In this document: positions 13,326 to 26,687 of the stretch, piece after piece
Numbering within the stretch: position 1 is the first letter of the stretch
How the letters are laid out: each line of letters opens with the position of its first letter
From: Chiloscyllium plagiosum
Lineage: Eukaryota
Reading direction: 5' to 3'
Assembly (NCBI RefSeq): GCF_004010195.1
Contig: NC_057737.1
Location: 16,022,950 to 16,086,949 of the forward strand
Length of the DNA stretch: 64,000 bases
Position numbers and translations under genes: made by a program
The notes under the pieces: generated by a model
The model's input: the letters and a program-made list of their open reading frames with translations, nothing else
What the model was told of the DNA's origin: nothing
Database searches by the model: none

Positions 13326-15906
13326 TTTGCCAAAACTGTCAATCCAAGGTAAAGTCTTTCCAATCAACAGACACATTTCTTTTGTGAATCTTCCTTAGAA
13401 CATGCTAGAGGTGAACATTGGCTGAATTCTGAAAACGTGGTTGCTACATGTGGGTGTGATTTTGGTCACCAGAATTTACTCACATCTCGTAGCATAACTC
13501 TGACTGCTTTTTTTAACATGTGGCCAAATGTTTCTCCACAGAGATTGACACAACAGCAGCAAAGCATGTTTCTTGTATGGTGAAAGAAGTGGGGGCTGTT
13601 CTCCCTCTGGCCAATCTTCTCCCTGTTAGGAATGCAGTATCCTCTTTTAATGGGATCAATAGGATAGCGTTTATTCGAGCCCAATAGCTCTAGATCAGGT
13701 ACATGTGTCTCCTGAAAAGCAGGGTCCCAGTAAAATAGAATGGGGAACTCACCTGAACTAATCTGGATGTGAATAGATAAGGCAGTCCATGTACTCCATT
13801 AAATTGTCAATTGCCCCATGATCTGAGGGAGCAAACTTCAAAGGAGAATTTTATTACTTGTTCAGCCATGAAATAATTTAACTCTACCCATCGAGGTTAA
13901 GCAAGCCTTTCTCAAGGGCAATTAAGAACAAGCAATAAATGTTGGTCTTGCCCATGGTATCCACAAGCTAGGGATGAATATTTTTATTTAAACATCCTGA
14001 GGTCACCATGTTCTGCCAACCATTATGATCCAGCAGCTGGCAAATTAGTTTTGAGGGGCTGAATGGCCTGGCATTATTGCGGTAATCCAAACACCAGGAA
14101 TCAGAATGTGAGAAAGCAGTGAGACAGTTCCTCCCCAGTTGCAACATCAAGTTAGGAACAGGACTATTCTGCCCAATTTATTTCTTACAGCTAAATTAAG
14201 CATCTGAGATCACAGGCACATGGAGCTAGATCTTAATTGAGAAAATGAGCCAGCAACAGTATGGATTTGCTTAAACGTCTACCTACGAGCAAGCTCAACA
14301 ACCTCCAACCTCTCCTTAATCAATCTTGTTTTCATCCTCATCCCTCATAGACCTTGACCATATCCTATGACAAGTTGGGGAACCTACTGAAAACTTGTCA
14401 TAGCAGGTACCATGTATTTCTGGTATGTGTTAAGACGATGGAAAATGTTTTACCCGTGGCCTGACCACTGAGACCACAATTCATAACCCACCAGAGATTA
14501 AGTTCCTTTCTGGTAAAGAGCTAAATTATTTTCATTGAGTGTACTTTCCCCTATTCTAGCATGATCTAGTTATAAAACAACCTCATAAATGTTTGCTCTT
14601 TAACCACATTTCTTAACTCTTACATTCTTCGATATTTTTTATAAATACCAGAGCAGAATATTGCAAACAACATGTAGAAAGTGGGCTGACAAGAAGTAAG
14701 AAACTGAAGGAACACAGCCCTTGCAGTGATGTTTGATGTAACTTAGCTGTGTGACATTTGTCTGATGCCATTATCTCTCAATTAAGAGGAGCCCATTACA
14801 ATGCACATTATCCGGGAGTACCCTGATAGTTGTTGGATGTAATGGAGGAATGGATAAATACAGGTATCAAGGAGGTAAACAGCAAACACAAAGTGATTAT
14901 AAGGGATCATTTCAATTTTTGCATCATCTGAGGAGAAGCAAAACAGGCCGTGCAATGAAGGAAATGCATCTCTGGGAGTGCGTTCAAGTTTTCTAGAAAA
15001 AAAATTCAAATTATACAAGATATAAAAGCAATCCAGATTGAATTTAGTGGTGAAAGACAAACTGAATTATTTGATGGTGGAAGTCCCTTTTGCAAGTATG
15101 ATTTAATTTGATAATGGCCAAGATTTCAAGGTTGTAATGTCAGGGTAATGGTCAGTATTGATTGTTATCACTTTCACTTATTCTTTCATGGGACGAGGGT
15201 ATCGCTGGATAGGCCAGCATTTATCATCCTTCACAAACTGCCCTGAGGGAGGCGATGGTGAGCTATGTGGGCTAGGGGCACGCTCAGTACTGTTAGGGGG
15301 GAAGTTCCAACATTTTGTCTCAGCAGCATTGATGGAACGGCAATAAGGTTCCAAATCGGGAAGCTGTGTGGATTGGGAGGGAACTGGAAGGTGTTCCAAT
15401 GCACTTACTGCCCTGTCATGGGTTTGGAAGGTGCTGTTGATGGAGTCTTGGTGAATCTCTGCTGTGCATCTTGTAGCTACATACTGCTGCTGAGTGTCAG
15501 TGGTGGAGGGACTGAACATCTGAGGATGTGTGGCCAATCGAATGGTCTGGTTTGTTTTGTGTGGTATCAAGCTGCATTCATCCAGGCAAGTGGAAAGTAT
15601 CTCATCACGCTCCTGACATTTGCTTTGTGGATGATGGGGAGGCAGGAGGTGAATTACACACTACAGAATCCGCAGCTTCTGACCTGTTCTTGCAGCTACC
15701 ATATTTATAAAGCTAGTCCAGTCAGTCTCTAGTCAATAGTAATCCCTAGGATGTCAGCAATGAGAGATAGCAGTGGCAATGCCACTGAATAACAAGGAAA
15801 GATGACTAGATTGCCTTGTGTTGATCAACGAGGTAAAAACAATGACTGGATTAATGGTGCTGGAAGAGCACAGCAGTTCAGGCAGCATCCAAGGAGCAGC
15901 AAAATC

Positions 15907-15934
15907 GACGTTTCGGGCAAAAACCCTTCATCAG
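15907..15934 (-). ncRNA. Minimal hammerhead ribozyme motif (PLE type)
   Basis: Reverse complement CUGAUGA-A-GGGU-UUUU-GCCC-GAAA-C-GUC. Confidence 0.75.
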
Positions 15935-16172
15935 GAATAAAGGCAGAAAGCCTTAAGCGTGGAGAGATAAGCTAGAGGAGGGTGGGGGTGGGGAGAAAGT
16001 AGCATAGCAGGGCAGAGGAAATGACCTGGAAGTTGCAGTGGGAGAGGGACTCCCTGAGAGAGAGGAGGAAAATTTCTTCAAGGCAGGTTTCCTTGCAAGA
16101 GGATTCGCAGTAGGGTTAAAATCAACGAGGTAAAAGCAATCTCTCCATGCTTAAGGCTCTCTGCCTTTATTC

Positions 16173-16200
16173 CTGATGAAGGGCTTTTGCCCGAAACGTC
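16173..16200 (+). ncRNA. Minimal hammerhead ribozyme motif (PLE type)
   Basis: CUGAUGA-A-GGGC-UUUU-GCCC-GAAA-C-GUC: intact core, perfect 4-bp stem II, GUC cleavage triplet. Confidence 0.8.
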
Positions 16201-16964
16201 GATTTCGCTGCTCCTTGGATGCTGCCTGAACTGCTGTGCGCTTCCAGCACCACTAATCCAGATGCCTTGTGTTGATGGCTATTGCCTAGCCTCTGAAATT
16301 GACAGAAACATTTGGATCCTGTGTATGGTTGGAAAGTCAGCAAATTCTGCCAGTCACTTTACAATTCTCTACTGACAGGAAAAATTAAAAATCACTGAAT
16401 GGACAAGAAAATGTCGTTTTGCATTGTTCATTTGTTGAAACGTCGTTTAAAGAAGAACTAAAATTTTGATGTTGCTCCATTCTCACAATTATTGTTGAAC
16501 AACATCTCTGGTCCTGAAAAGAAACTTAAGTTGTGGAAAGCCCATTGTGGATAAAATAACCATACAGATATATTAAAATAATAATTTTAACTTTAAATTT
16601 AAACAAAAATTCTGCTCCTACCTAGACTCGTCCGTGGTCCAATCACTTATTTTTGCTCTCGGCAAAATGTCAGTACCAGTGAAGGCTAATGAATGTATTT
16701 TACATCCTGGGTTTCCATCTATAAGATTTCTGCAATGTGATTGGCTGGTGATAGCAATGTTTCCTGGAGTTCCCCTCAAGTTGGTGCCATTTTCAAACTG
16801 AAGTCAGGAGAAAGGGGGAAGAAAGGGTTAATGTGCAACACCACAGAGATCAAGGGGAATTTGAGGACAGCTTGCTTCAAAATCAGCAGCAAACATTACT
16901 ATCACCTTGGTGCTGATTGCAAAATCTGGCCCGATAGGTTTAAGAGAGAGAAGGGAAGGTTACA

Positions 16965-17232
16965 GGTGTGACAGTGGTTAGCACTGCTGCCTCAGGCCGC
17001 CTCAGGCAACTGTCTGTGTGGAGTTTGCACATTCTCCCTGTGTCTGTGTGGGTTTCCTCCGGGTGCTCCAGTTTCCTCCCACAGTCCAAAAATGTGCAGG
17101 TTAGGTGAATTGGCCATGCTAAATTGCCCATAGTGTTAGGTGTAGGGGAATGGGTCTGGGTGGGTTGCTCTTTGGAGGTTCGGTGTGGACTTGTTGGGCT
17201 GAAGGACCTGTTTCCACACTGTAAGTCATCTA
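16965..17232 (+). mobile_element. HE1 / V-SINE with internal deletion
   Basis: agtggttagcactgctgcctca; ggagtttgcacattctccc; tail gtttccacactgtaag. Confidence 0.9.
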
Positions 17233-18239
17233 AGTTTAAGTAGGGAATGTTAAAAAGGAATTAGAAATTATTTGATCACAATAAAATGGTTTGAACTGGT
17301 ATTAAAGAGTGAACATTATTCAAAGAAAGTAAGCTATTTCCTCCATTATTCAAAGAAATGTCGAGCACAATACAACACATACCCCAAAAATGAAAAGAAT
17401 TTTCTTGAGTAATTCAGCGAGGTGATCAACAATTGAGGTCACAATCGTATGAAGCTAAAAGCAATTCCTTACGTCAGTTTGCAAAGACAAAAATGGAAAT
17501 CTGGAAGTCTGGGAAAACTAAGGAAGAGATAGGAATCAGAATGAAGCAATTCAGAAAGGTCTGTATTTTGATGGTGATGGTAATGATGAAGACCCACCAG
17601 GATCAATAGCAGAAGCCAACTCCATTTTGTTTGGAGGTGGCATCCTGAGTGGCATTGCCAGGGTTAGCCAATTAAGGGATCACTGGCAGAGCCTCTATCT
17701 AATTTAAGATGATGACTCAGCCCCCAAGCACCGCCAACCAAACAGAGAACTGCCAGCTCAGCAGCGCCACCTCTGATAACACCAGAGACAGCATGCCCAC
17801 AAAGACAGCTTGGTAAATGAGTTGCAACTTTTTGTCTCATAAAATGATGGTCTGCCCTGTGGTGGTCACCTCTGTGTAAAGCATTTCCCAGTATGACTCA
17901 GTGGCCCCATTCTGGCATGGCAGTCTCTGCTGCATTTGGATCAGTGAGCTGAGAATGTGCCTTATTCACTGGTCTCTGTTTTCCCTGGATTTCCTTCTCC
18001 ACTACCTGAGCTTTCCTCTCCTGCTGACCTCTTCCAACACACTTCAAAATAGTCAGCCTCCGGAGTCAAGGCTGTCATTGACAATGTCTACCATCCACAT
18101 ATCTCACACAGTGTGCTGTCCGTGTAGTGGAGCTGTCAATATCTGGGAGGTCATGACCCAGCGACCTGTACACCACACAGGATGTCTTTGAGAAGACTGT
18201 GATTGGTAGAGTGTTGATTTATCATTCAAAGTCCACTTA

Positions 18240-18380
18240 CCAACTAATCAGCACTCTCATCTCATATGGTATAAACACTGGCTTTCTCCTTGAACTGGCA
18301 TTCTTGTGAAAAGTTCTGATGATTGCCAGATGAAAAGTATCTTTTTTCAGCAATACTCAAGTTCTGTTCTACCAAATGAC
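18240..18380 (+). mobile_element. Old Penelope-like pLTR of a further family (relatives at ~8350-8720 and ~24140-24270)
   Basis: caactaatcagcactctc...cttgtgaaaagttCTGATGAttgccagatGAAAag; ttttcagcaatactcaagttctg shared with ~8695. Confidence 0.55.
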
Positions 18381-18809
18381 TAATTTTTTGGACTTCTTTG
18401 AGGGGGTAAAAAGCAAGAACAATAAAGACGAACCTTAGATATGCAGTACTTGGATTTCCAAAAGCCATTTGCCCAGATGCAACAAAATGAGAGTGGGAAT
18501 GAATGGTTCATTTATTAAACTGCTGACCTGCAACAAATGGGGTGTGATGGGGATTGGAACTGATTTATAATCTCTGTCAATGACTCAGATGAAGGCATGG
18601 AGTAAGTCGATGACACCAAAATACATAGGAAAGTAAATTGTCAAGAGGAAATAAAGTGTGTGAAAATGGATGTAATTAAGAAAAGTGAATGGGCAAAAGT
18701 CTGGAGGTGGTGGTCTTCCTTTTGAGAGGGAAATAATTATTTTTTCTTCTCTGCCCAATAAATATTGAACGATTTTCATATTCATGTAACTACTGCCCTG
18801 ACCTTCTAG

Positions 18810-19495
18810 GTATTATTGTCATGTGTACTAAAGTATAGGAATGCATGGGTACAGTAAAAACTATACAAAGTCACCATTCTCCAGGACCATCTTGGTTAAA
18901 AAAACAAAATGAAAAAACATAACAGAAAAAAATATTTTAAAGAGAGCCAAAAGATAAGAAAATGTCCAGATCTTAAAGTTGAAAGTCTCATCTCCATGAC
19001 AGCGTTAGGAATGCTCAGCCACCAATGCAGGCAGCCGGGCCTAGCCACGGCCTGGAGTCTAGGTCAGCCTGCATGTCTCATTTCGATCACCAGGGGAACC
19101 ACGTTCTCATTGCCACTGACGATGCCACTGCCTCCCAATTGCCAGGAGAAGGTTTACAGCCGCCTTCCCCAGAATGCGGGAAGGAGCTGTGTCATTGCTG
19201 CCATCACCGCATCCTATCGCCAGGCCTGATGGGAGGCTGCCACCATTAGGCAAGAGGTCCCCTCTTGCTGCCGGTGCCCGGGAGGCTGCTGCCTGCACTC
19301 CCATCACCGGCTCCAACCACTGGGAGGCTGCTGGTGCAGGGCCCACTCTCTCTGCCATACAATTCCATTGAATCGCTGCAAAGAGTTTTAAATAAAAGAA
19401 AGAGAAAAGCAAGAAAATATAGCAAAAGTGAAAAGAATAAGAAAGAAAACAGACAGGAGCGGACGAGCCCTGGTTCATGCCCCGTTACTCCAGGT
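18810..19495 (-). mobile_element. GC-rich non-autonomous retroposon-like element with Rex1-like tail
   Basis: End attattgtcatgtgtac..tacag resembles the Rex1 3' end at 43150; internal gggaggctgc repeats; A-rich linker. Confidence 0.45.
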
Positions 19496-20169
19496 AATAA
19501 ATGGTAGTGGTCGTGGTTTGTCCCAGATCCGTTAACTAATTTGATTCTTATGAAAATCTATCGATCTTAGGTACAATATTAGCCATTGCTTCAGCAGCAA
19601 CGATCTTTTGTGGAAAGGAAAGTGTCAAACATCTCCTGTCCAGTTTGAGAATTCTGTGGCATTAAATTGAGAAGAGCCTGAAAATACAAAAATGCTCCTT
19701 TTGTAAAGTAACAATAGGAGCCACTGGAAGTGTAAAGCTGAACAGGCCGGGCCCTCCCTAGCCCTATTGATTCTCCTAATCCCTTCTCAGTCGCATCAAA
19801 GAGTCAGTTAAACTCTGCTATTTTCCCCCAGTGCAGAGAAGCAAATATTTAACACAGTGTGGTTTTAAATGGAAATCAGTTCCTCAAGTTAATGAACCAT
19901 TGCTGGTCCCACCCTCCTCGTCTGACACAAACACTGTTATTCGGTTTGTGAATTCACGTCCTCTCTCATCTTAATCAACATCGCTGCTTAACTTTGGAAA
20001 CATTTGTCTTCTCAGCTCCTGCCATGGTTGAGCTACTTTTCCAAAGATGTACAAGATTTCACTCTTATTTCCTTTCAGCCTTTGCCCTTTGCCTGATGAC
20101 CTAAGAGTCAAAAGCTTTTAGTGAGATGTTGCTGGCCACAGGGGTCTGGGGAATGGAACCTCTGCTTCC

Positions 20170-20625
20170 TCTTGGGCAGTCTCCCAGGAACAAGGATGAC
20201 TTTCTTCCAGCTAGGGCCTGGGGCTTGGATGTGACTAAACAGCCTGATGGTGGGTACAGACCCCCAGTCCCGTGTGGGTCAGGAAGTCAGTAAAAATGAG
20301 AGCATCACTTGGAACCTGAAGGTACTGGTTGAACTGGAGCACTGTTTCGAGGTGTACAACATGAGATGGACCATTCTCATTCATCAGAGGTACTGGTTCT
20401 TCCTTCTGGGACACTCGGGATGTTGCAAGCTCCTTCTATTATGGATTCAGCCGGGTCCATCAGAGACGCTCAGAACAGTCAGCACATTTGCAAATGTTCC
20501 TCTCCAACTTAGAGCAGTCCTGGCTCAGAGATTCCCAATAGTTGGAGAGAACATTGCTTTTGTTTCCTTCAAGCCTCCGCCTTCCTGTTGCATATTACCA
20601 TGACAATGCTCGGAATAGAGAGTGT
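20170..20625 (-). mobile_element. Decayed RTE-like LINE 3' fragment
   Basis: RTE-type 3'UTR (gggcagtctcccaggaacaaggatgactt) and degraded C-terminal ORF. Confidence 0.5.
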
Positions 20626-21203
20626 GACCTTTGTGGATGGTGCAGACAACTTACTCCACAATTCACACAGTGCCATCAGTTTGTCCTCACTTAGACCTGG
20701 AGTTACTCAGAGGTGACAGTCGCCCTCCGCCTGTCTAAAGGTCCAGATTGACATGGCTTTGCTTCCTTCCCTTCTGTCGTTTTTGCGCCTGTCGTTGAGG
20801 TCTCCAAATCTCCATAACTCCTATCGATTTATTCTTTCCACAAATCATTAACTCTAACTGCAAGGCAGCTGCTGCCAATATCCTCCCCCATCTCACCCTT
20901 CCTAAAAATATACACCTTGTAGGGATTAATAAATGGTCCAACAGAGAAGGAATGATATTTACCACTGACTGCCCTGGCAACAGCCTACAACTTTTCCCTG
21001 GACTTAGCAGCAAGCAAACACCAGGAGGCCGTACCCATGTGGCAGAGATTGTGGGTTTTGTAAATGGGTTTTGTCAACCAGTCAGTGAAGAATCTCGATG
21101 GCCCACACAGAGTCCAAACCATTAAGTATAAAACAAGATTAGAAATTAAAGCCATCTCTTAGATAGGAAGCCAAAAATAACTTCTTTAATATCTTCAAAT
21201 CTC

Positions 21204-22538
21204 GAGTCATGGAGTTATACAGCACGGAAACAGACCCTTTGGTCCAACTAGTCCATACAGACCACGTTTTCCAAACTCAACTAGTTCCGCTCGCCTGCAC
21301 TTGGCCCATATCCCTCTAAAATCTCCTATTCACGTACCTATCCAAATGGCTTTTAAATGTTGTAACTGTACCTGCATTCATCACTTTCTCTGGCAGTTCA
21401 TTCCACACAAGATCCAACCTCTGTGAGAAAACGCTGCCCCTCAGGTCCCTTTTAAACTTTTCTCTTCTCACCTTAAAATTATGCCCCCTAATTTCAACCT
21501 CCCCCACGCGAGAGAAAAGACATTTGCTATTCACCTCATCTCTGCTCCTCATGATTTTATAAACCACTACAAGATCACACCTCAACCTCCTATGTTCCAG
21601 GGTTAAAAGTCCCCGTTTATCCAGGCTCTGCTTATGACTCAAACCCTCCATTCACAGCAACATCCTGGTAAATCTTTTCTGAACCATCCCTAGTCTAATA
21701 ATATCCTTCCTATAACAGGGCGACCAGAACTGCATACAGTGCTCCTGTACTAACTGAACATGCTGTCCCACCTCCAATACACAAAGTGCTGAGCAATGAA
21801 GGCAAGTGTGCTAAATGCCTTCTTAACCACCCTGTGATGCAACTTGCAAAGAATTATGTCCCTGAACCCTTAGGTTTCTGTTTGATAACACTACCCAGGG
21901 CCTTACCATTAATTGGATAAGCCCTGCCCTTGTTTGTTTTACCAGAATGAAATACATTGCACTTAGCCGAATTAAACTCCATCTGCCACCTCTCATCCCA
22001 TTGACCCAAGTGATCAAGATCCATTTCTAATCTCAGATAAACTTTCTTCACTATCCACTCCCCCTCCAATTTTGGTGTCACCTGCAAACTTACTAACCGT
22101 GTCTCCTGAGGTCTCATTTTCATATAAATAGCAACAAAGTGATCTCTGTGAAACACCACAGGCTTCCAGTCTGAAAAACAAACCACCCACCACCACCCTC
22201 TATCTCCTACCATAAAGCCAATTTTGTCTCCAGTTGGCAAGCTGTCCCTGAATCCCACGTGATCCAACTTTCCTAATTAGTCTACCATGTGGAACCTTGC
22301 CAAAGGCTTTACTAAAGTCCATGTAGACAATGTCTACCGCTCTGCCCTCATCCATCTTTTTGGTTACGTTCTCAAAAATCTTAATCAAGTCAGTGAGATA
22401 CCATTTTCCATACACAAAGCCATGCTGACTATCCCCAACCAATCCTCACCTCTCCAAATGCATATAAATCCCAACCCTCGGAATCCCCTCCAATAACTTA
22501 CCCACCACTAATGTCAGACTCACAGGTCTATAATTTCT
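21204..22538 (-). mobile_element. CR1 LINE (RT to 3' end)
   Basis: DSQHGFV, DIVYMDFSKAFGKVPHGRL, SKFAGDTKIGG, FSQRLDLVWNELP. Confidence 0.95.
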
Positions 22539-23780
22539 CATTGAATGAATGAGTCTCCACATTTGTAGAAAGAGAAATCAGGATCAGACAGTCTGCGTAG
22601 CAGTAATTATCACTGACAGAACTCTTACAATCTTATTTACTCCCGTAGTCAGAATCCCTGCTTTTTTTAATGCAGTTTGAGTCCAGACATAGTGAGTAAG
22701 TACACCATGTTTGTATCATTGTAGTGTAGTCAGTGCCAAGCCTATCAGAAAGGACACAAGAGCACACCTTCAGGAGGAGCAGGGTGGTTTCTGACAGCAC
22801 ATCAAACTCTGAATTTACACGTTTCCGGTGCATTTGTGATCACGAGAGGTTTCCTGTTCAAGTTATTTTGTGATGACAGCAAATGCTGTTGTTCCTATCA
22901 CAGTAACATCCAGGCCAGTACTTCTGTGAGAACGGTATAAAAAAAATTCATACACATTTGCTTGTCATAAATGTCCCAGATCATCCCTTCAAACAAAAAG
23001 GCGTGCGTGGTTCAGGCTTATTAAACTCGAGATCTCATTCATTAGCTTTTCATCAGCATGTGTACACAGGCACCATTGTGTGGAGGGACAGGACTGCCCC
23101 AGGATTTCCCATTCAGGTGTGCATATACTGCCCACTAGTGGGAAAACCAAGTCACAGTCAGCTTTGGTCAGTGTAGTTGGGAAATGTAAACCAAAAGGTC
23201 TCCTGTTCAAACATTATCAAAATATCTTTGTGATTGCAATATACGCTGAACTGTTAGGTCAAATCATTGCTGGATAATTCTGGTAAACAATATATCCAAT
23301 GAAACAGGTGGGCCTTGGTACTCTTTGTGAGCCACTTCTTAACAAATCAACTTTGCAGATTGTCCAGTAGGAAGTCTGCAAGGTTCACTCCAAATTCTGG
23401 AGCTGCCCCTAATGGATTTGCAGCATTATTTTCACTTTTCATCCTTTTCGGTTTTGTAAATTTACAAGATTAAAGCATGCTGAGCAATCCAATCATTTTT
23501 ATGTCTTTAATCCCTGCCTCTGAGATCTGTGATAGATACATTTTTCTAAAGCAAAGGCCATATGGAATTAGGTCATAGATCAGCCATGATCCCATTGAAT
23601 GGTGGAACAGGTTTGAGGGGCTGAATGACACACTTATGTTCCTATGTTCCTTCTCCTCCAAAACTGTAGATAGCAACTTTGAAAGTTTTATATGAATCAC
23701 ACAGCAGCCAAATGTTCAGGATGCTTTGTTCACAGGATTTCACTGAATGTTTTGAACTGGATTGCGTTTCTCTGGGACTT

Positions 23781-24072
23781 TAGATTAGATTACTTTACAG
23801 TGTGGAAACAGGCCCTTTGGCCCAACAAGTCCACACCGACCCACTCCCCTACATTTACCCCTTACTTAACACTAGGGACAATTTAGCATGGCCAATTCAC
23901 CTGACCTGCACATCTTTGGACTGTGGGAGGAAACCGGAGCACCCGGAGGAAACCCATGCAGACACGGGGAGAATGTGCAAACTCCACACAGTCAGTCGCC
24001 TGAGGTAGGAATTGAACCCGGGTCTCTGGCGCTGTGAGGCAGCAGTGCTAACCACTGTGCCACCGTGCTGCC
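23781..24072 (-). mobile_element. HE1 / V-SINE, near full length
   Basis: Reverse complement head gggcagcacggtggcacagtggttagcactg; (tagat)n tail. Confidence 0.92.
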
Positions 24073-24409
24073 CGATGGTGAACATTGTCTGGCCTCAGTC
24101 AGAAGTTCCAATCATGGGTATATTCTCCATAGCGAAGCCACTTCAAGCAGAGTCCACATGCCAATCAATCAGCACTCTCCTCTCCTGCAGCGTATACGTT
24201 GCTTTCCCCGACATTGGCATTCTTGTGAAGTATCCTGGTGGGGAGCAAGATTAAAAGCTTTGACAAAATGCGTCATTGCCTTTTAGGAAGACTCGAGTTC
24301 CATTTTATAAAAGTTGAAGGGTAAATGCGAATTCGAGGCTGGCTCAATTGCAGTAGCATGCAATAATCCAACACCAGCCTGCATTTGTATTGCACCACAT
24401 GACACTGGT

Positions 24410-25280
24410 GTCCTTTATTGTGAGAGGATTTGAGTAGAGAAGACTTGCTGCTTTGTACAGGGCCTTGGTGAGAATGGATCTGGTATACTGTATCAAGTTT
24501 GGATCTCGTTACTCCAGCAAGGATACACTGCCCTTAGACAAAGCAAAATAAATATTCACCGGATTGACTCCTGAGATTGTGGAATTGTTCTGAGGAGAAA
24601 TTGAGGGGATTGGTCCTAAATCTCTGGAGCTTAAATGAATTAGAGGTGATTTCTTTGAAATATACAACATTCCTTACAGGGCTTGATAGGACAGATGCAG
24701 GAAGGATACTTCCAATGACTGAGGTGGGAGTGTGTAGGACCAAGAAACACAATCTCTGAAAATGGAATGAGCTATTCAGGATTGAGACGGGCCATTCAGG
24801 ACTGGGGTGGCATAGTTCCTTATTGGTTAGTGTTGCGACCTCACAGTACAAGGGATCTAGGTTTAATTCAACCCTCAGGTATGTGAAGTTTGCATGTTCT
24901 CCCTGTGTCTGCGTGGGTTTCCTCTCACAGTCCAAATTTGTGCAGGTTCGGTTAGGTAGAAAGGCCGATGCTAAATTGCCGGTAGTGTCCAGGGATGTGC
25001 AGGCTGGGATTAGCCATGGGGAATATAGGATTATGGGGTAGGGGAGTGCAATGCCCTTCAAAGGGTAGGTGTGGACTCGATGGGCTGAATGACCACATTG
25101 TCAGGATTTGATGAGATGAGGTGGAGTTTCTTCACTAAGAGGATTCCTTGGAGGAATGTGCAAATTCTGCCTTGCATAGATTCAAAAAAGTGATTGATAG
25201 ATTTTTGGATATTAAATGATATTGGTACGGTGTGGGAACATTGACTGGACAGCCTGCTCCTTTTCCCTATGTTTTTATGC
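24410..25280 (+). mobile_element. Decayed CR1 3' part with an HE1 SINE nested at ~24805-25100
   Basis: tacagggccttggtgaga and cagggcttgatagg motifs; SINE V-domain aagtttgcatgttctcccc. Confidence 0.7.
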
Positions 25281-26105
25281 CCAAATGACCTTCACAAATC
25301 AGATTAGCACCAAGCACCAGATGGGAGTAGAGTTTGACTGTGCATCCACAAGCACCAACTGAAAGAAGGAACCCTACCCCAGCGTGCTGTGGTCATTTTT
25401 AACATCCTCACTGTAGCCCAGGCAGGGGTAAGGCTAACACAGCACAGACTGGGGTCCTGGGACCCATGTGGTTCAGAGATTGAGAAACACGACCAAAAAG
25501 CTGACCATAGCGGTAGGTTTCACAGCAGGGAGGTTCCAATCAGGAGAGGGAGGAACGGGCTGCAGACCTTTCAACTTGAAATAAAAAGGCTGAGAGGTGA
25601 CTTACAGAAGTCTTTAAAATGAAGAAAGCCTTTGGTAGTCTGAATGCAGGGAGAATACTTCCTCTTGTGGAAAAGAGTCTAAGGAGTGGTCATCTGACAG
25701 CAAAGTCTGAGAGGGAATTCTGAATAATTCCCTCTTACCATAGAATGAGACAAGTGAGGACCTTTGTCATAGTTAGCTAGGATTTCACTTTGGCTTTTGG
25801 TAAGTGTTGTTTTGTTGCTCTGTCGGGGATGGTTTTTATAGTACTCCTGTCAGGTGTATGCTTGGACAAAGGTCCGACTGTGAAAGAAATCTGGTGTGCC
25901 TCCCATGAACCCTCCCCTCCGGCCACCCAAGCTGTCCTGACAACATCGGGGTGGCCAGACCCTGAAAGTTTGCAGCTTGCACCACATTCCAACCAAAACT
26001 TTAGAGTCAACTGAACTTGTTGAGCTTAATTGAGCTCTCCCCAGCCACACCTTTAATGCATGGGCAGATGAGCAGAAACGGTCAGCCTGATGGGAAATTA
26101 GGGCA

Positions 26106-26365
26106 TTGGCCGGGCTATAGTGTCCAGGGATGTGCAGATTAGGGTGGACTGGCCATGCTATAGTGTCCAGGGATGTGCAGATTAGGTGAATTGGCCAGGC
26201 TATGGTGTCCAGGGATGTGCAGGGTGGGGTGGATTGGCCTTGGGGAAATAGTAGGGTAGGGTAGGGTAGGTGGTGGGGGGGGGGGGGGGTTGGGATGCCC
26301 TTTAAGGAGCTGGTGTGCACTCAATGGGCTGAAGGACCTCCTTCCACACTGTAAGGAATCTATGA
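26106..26365 (+). repeat. HE1 3' part with three ~42-43 bp internal tandem units and a G-tract
   Basis: (tggcc..gctatagtgtccagggatgtgcag..)x3 followed by (gtagg)4 and poly-G. Confidence 0.8.
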
Positions 26366-26687
26366 AATGGGTACAATCCTTCAAAGGGTGCCTTTTCTGC
26401 GTTTAGCCTTCCCTTCCTGTAGAAGACAGCAGCACCATCCTCCAACCCCCTTCCCCTTCCCCTTCCTTGTCCCTTTTCTCTCTCCCACCCTTCAGCCTCC
26501 GTGTAATGGGCTCCTGGTCATTTATTGCCAACAAATCCTTTTTTTTGTCAACAAGGTATTTTTAATCAACCCATTCGGGCATGTTTGGATTCACCTCCAA
26601 TAGCAGGTGGGATTTGGACTTGGAGCTTCTATCTCAGAGGTACAGTCACTACAACTATGCCAGAAGACACAAATAATCCTCCTTTTT

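Larger units (their letters stand above)
15826..16262. mobile_element. Penelope-like insertion with inverted and partial-tandem pLTR
   Basis: 14-bp TSD tgccttgtgttgat (15812-15825, 16263-16276); ~120-bp inverted arms 15846-15967 / 16140-16261; direct repeat atcaacgaggtaaaa at 15824 and 16121. Confidence 0.88.
15170..16290 (-). mobile_element. CR1/L2-group LINE fragment split by a Penelope insertion
   Basis: Minus motif KANVRSVMRYFPLAWMNAA, same family as 40300-42000 (KAQFRSVMEYFPLAW); resumes after the TSD at 16263. Confidence 0.75.

Noticed and set aside
13630-13698. Coding exon between ccctgttag and gtacat
   Set aside because: Stops in all three frames; at most non-coding
17762-17776. CTCF-like cagcgccacctctga
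   Set aside because: Only half of the core matches and it lies in probable old repeat sequence
22740-22900. Possible Harbinger transposase remnant
   Set aside because: Only faint motif resemblance; too decayed to support without a profile search
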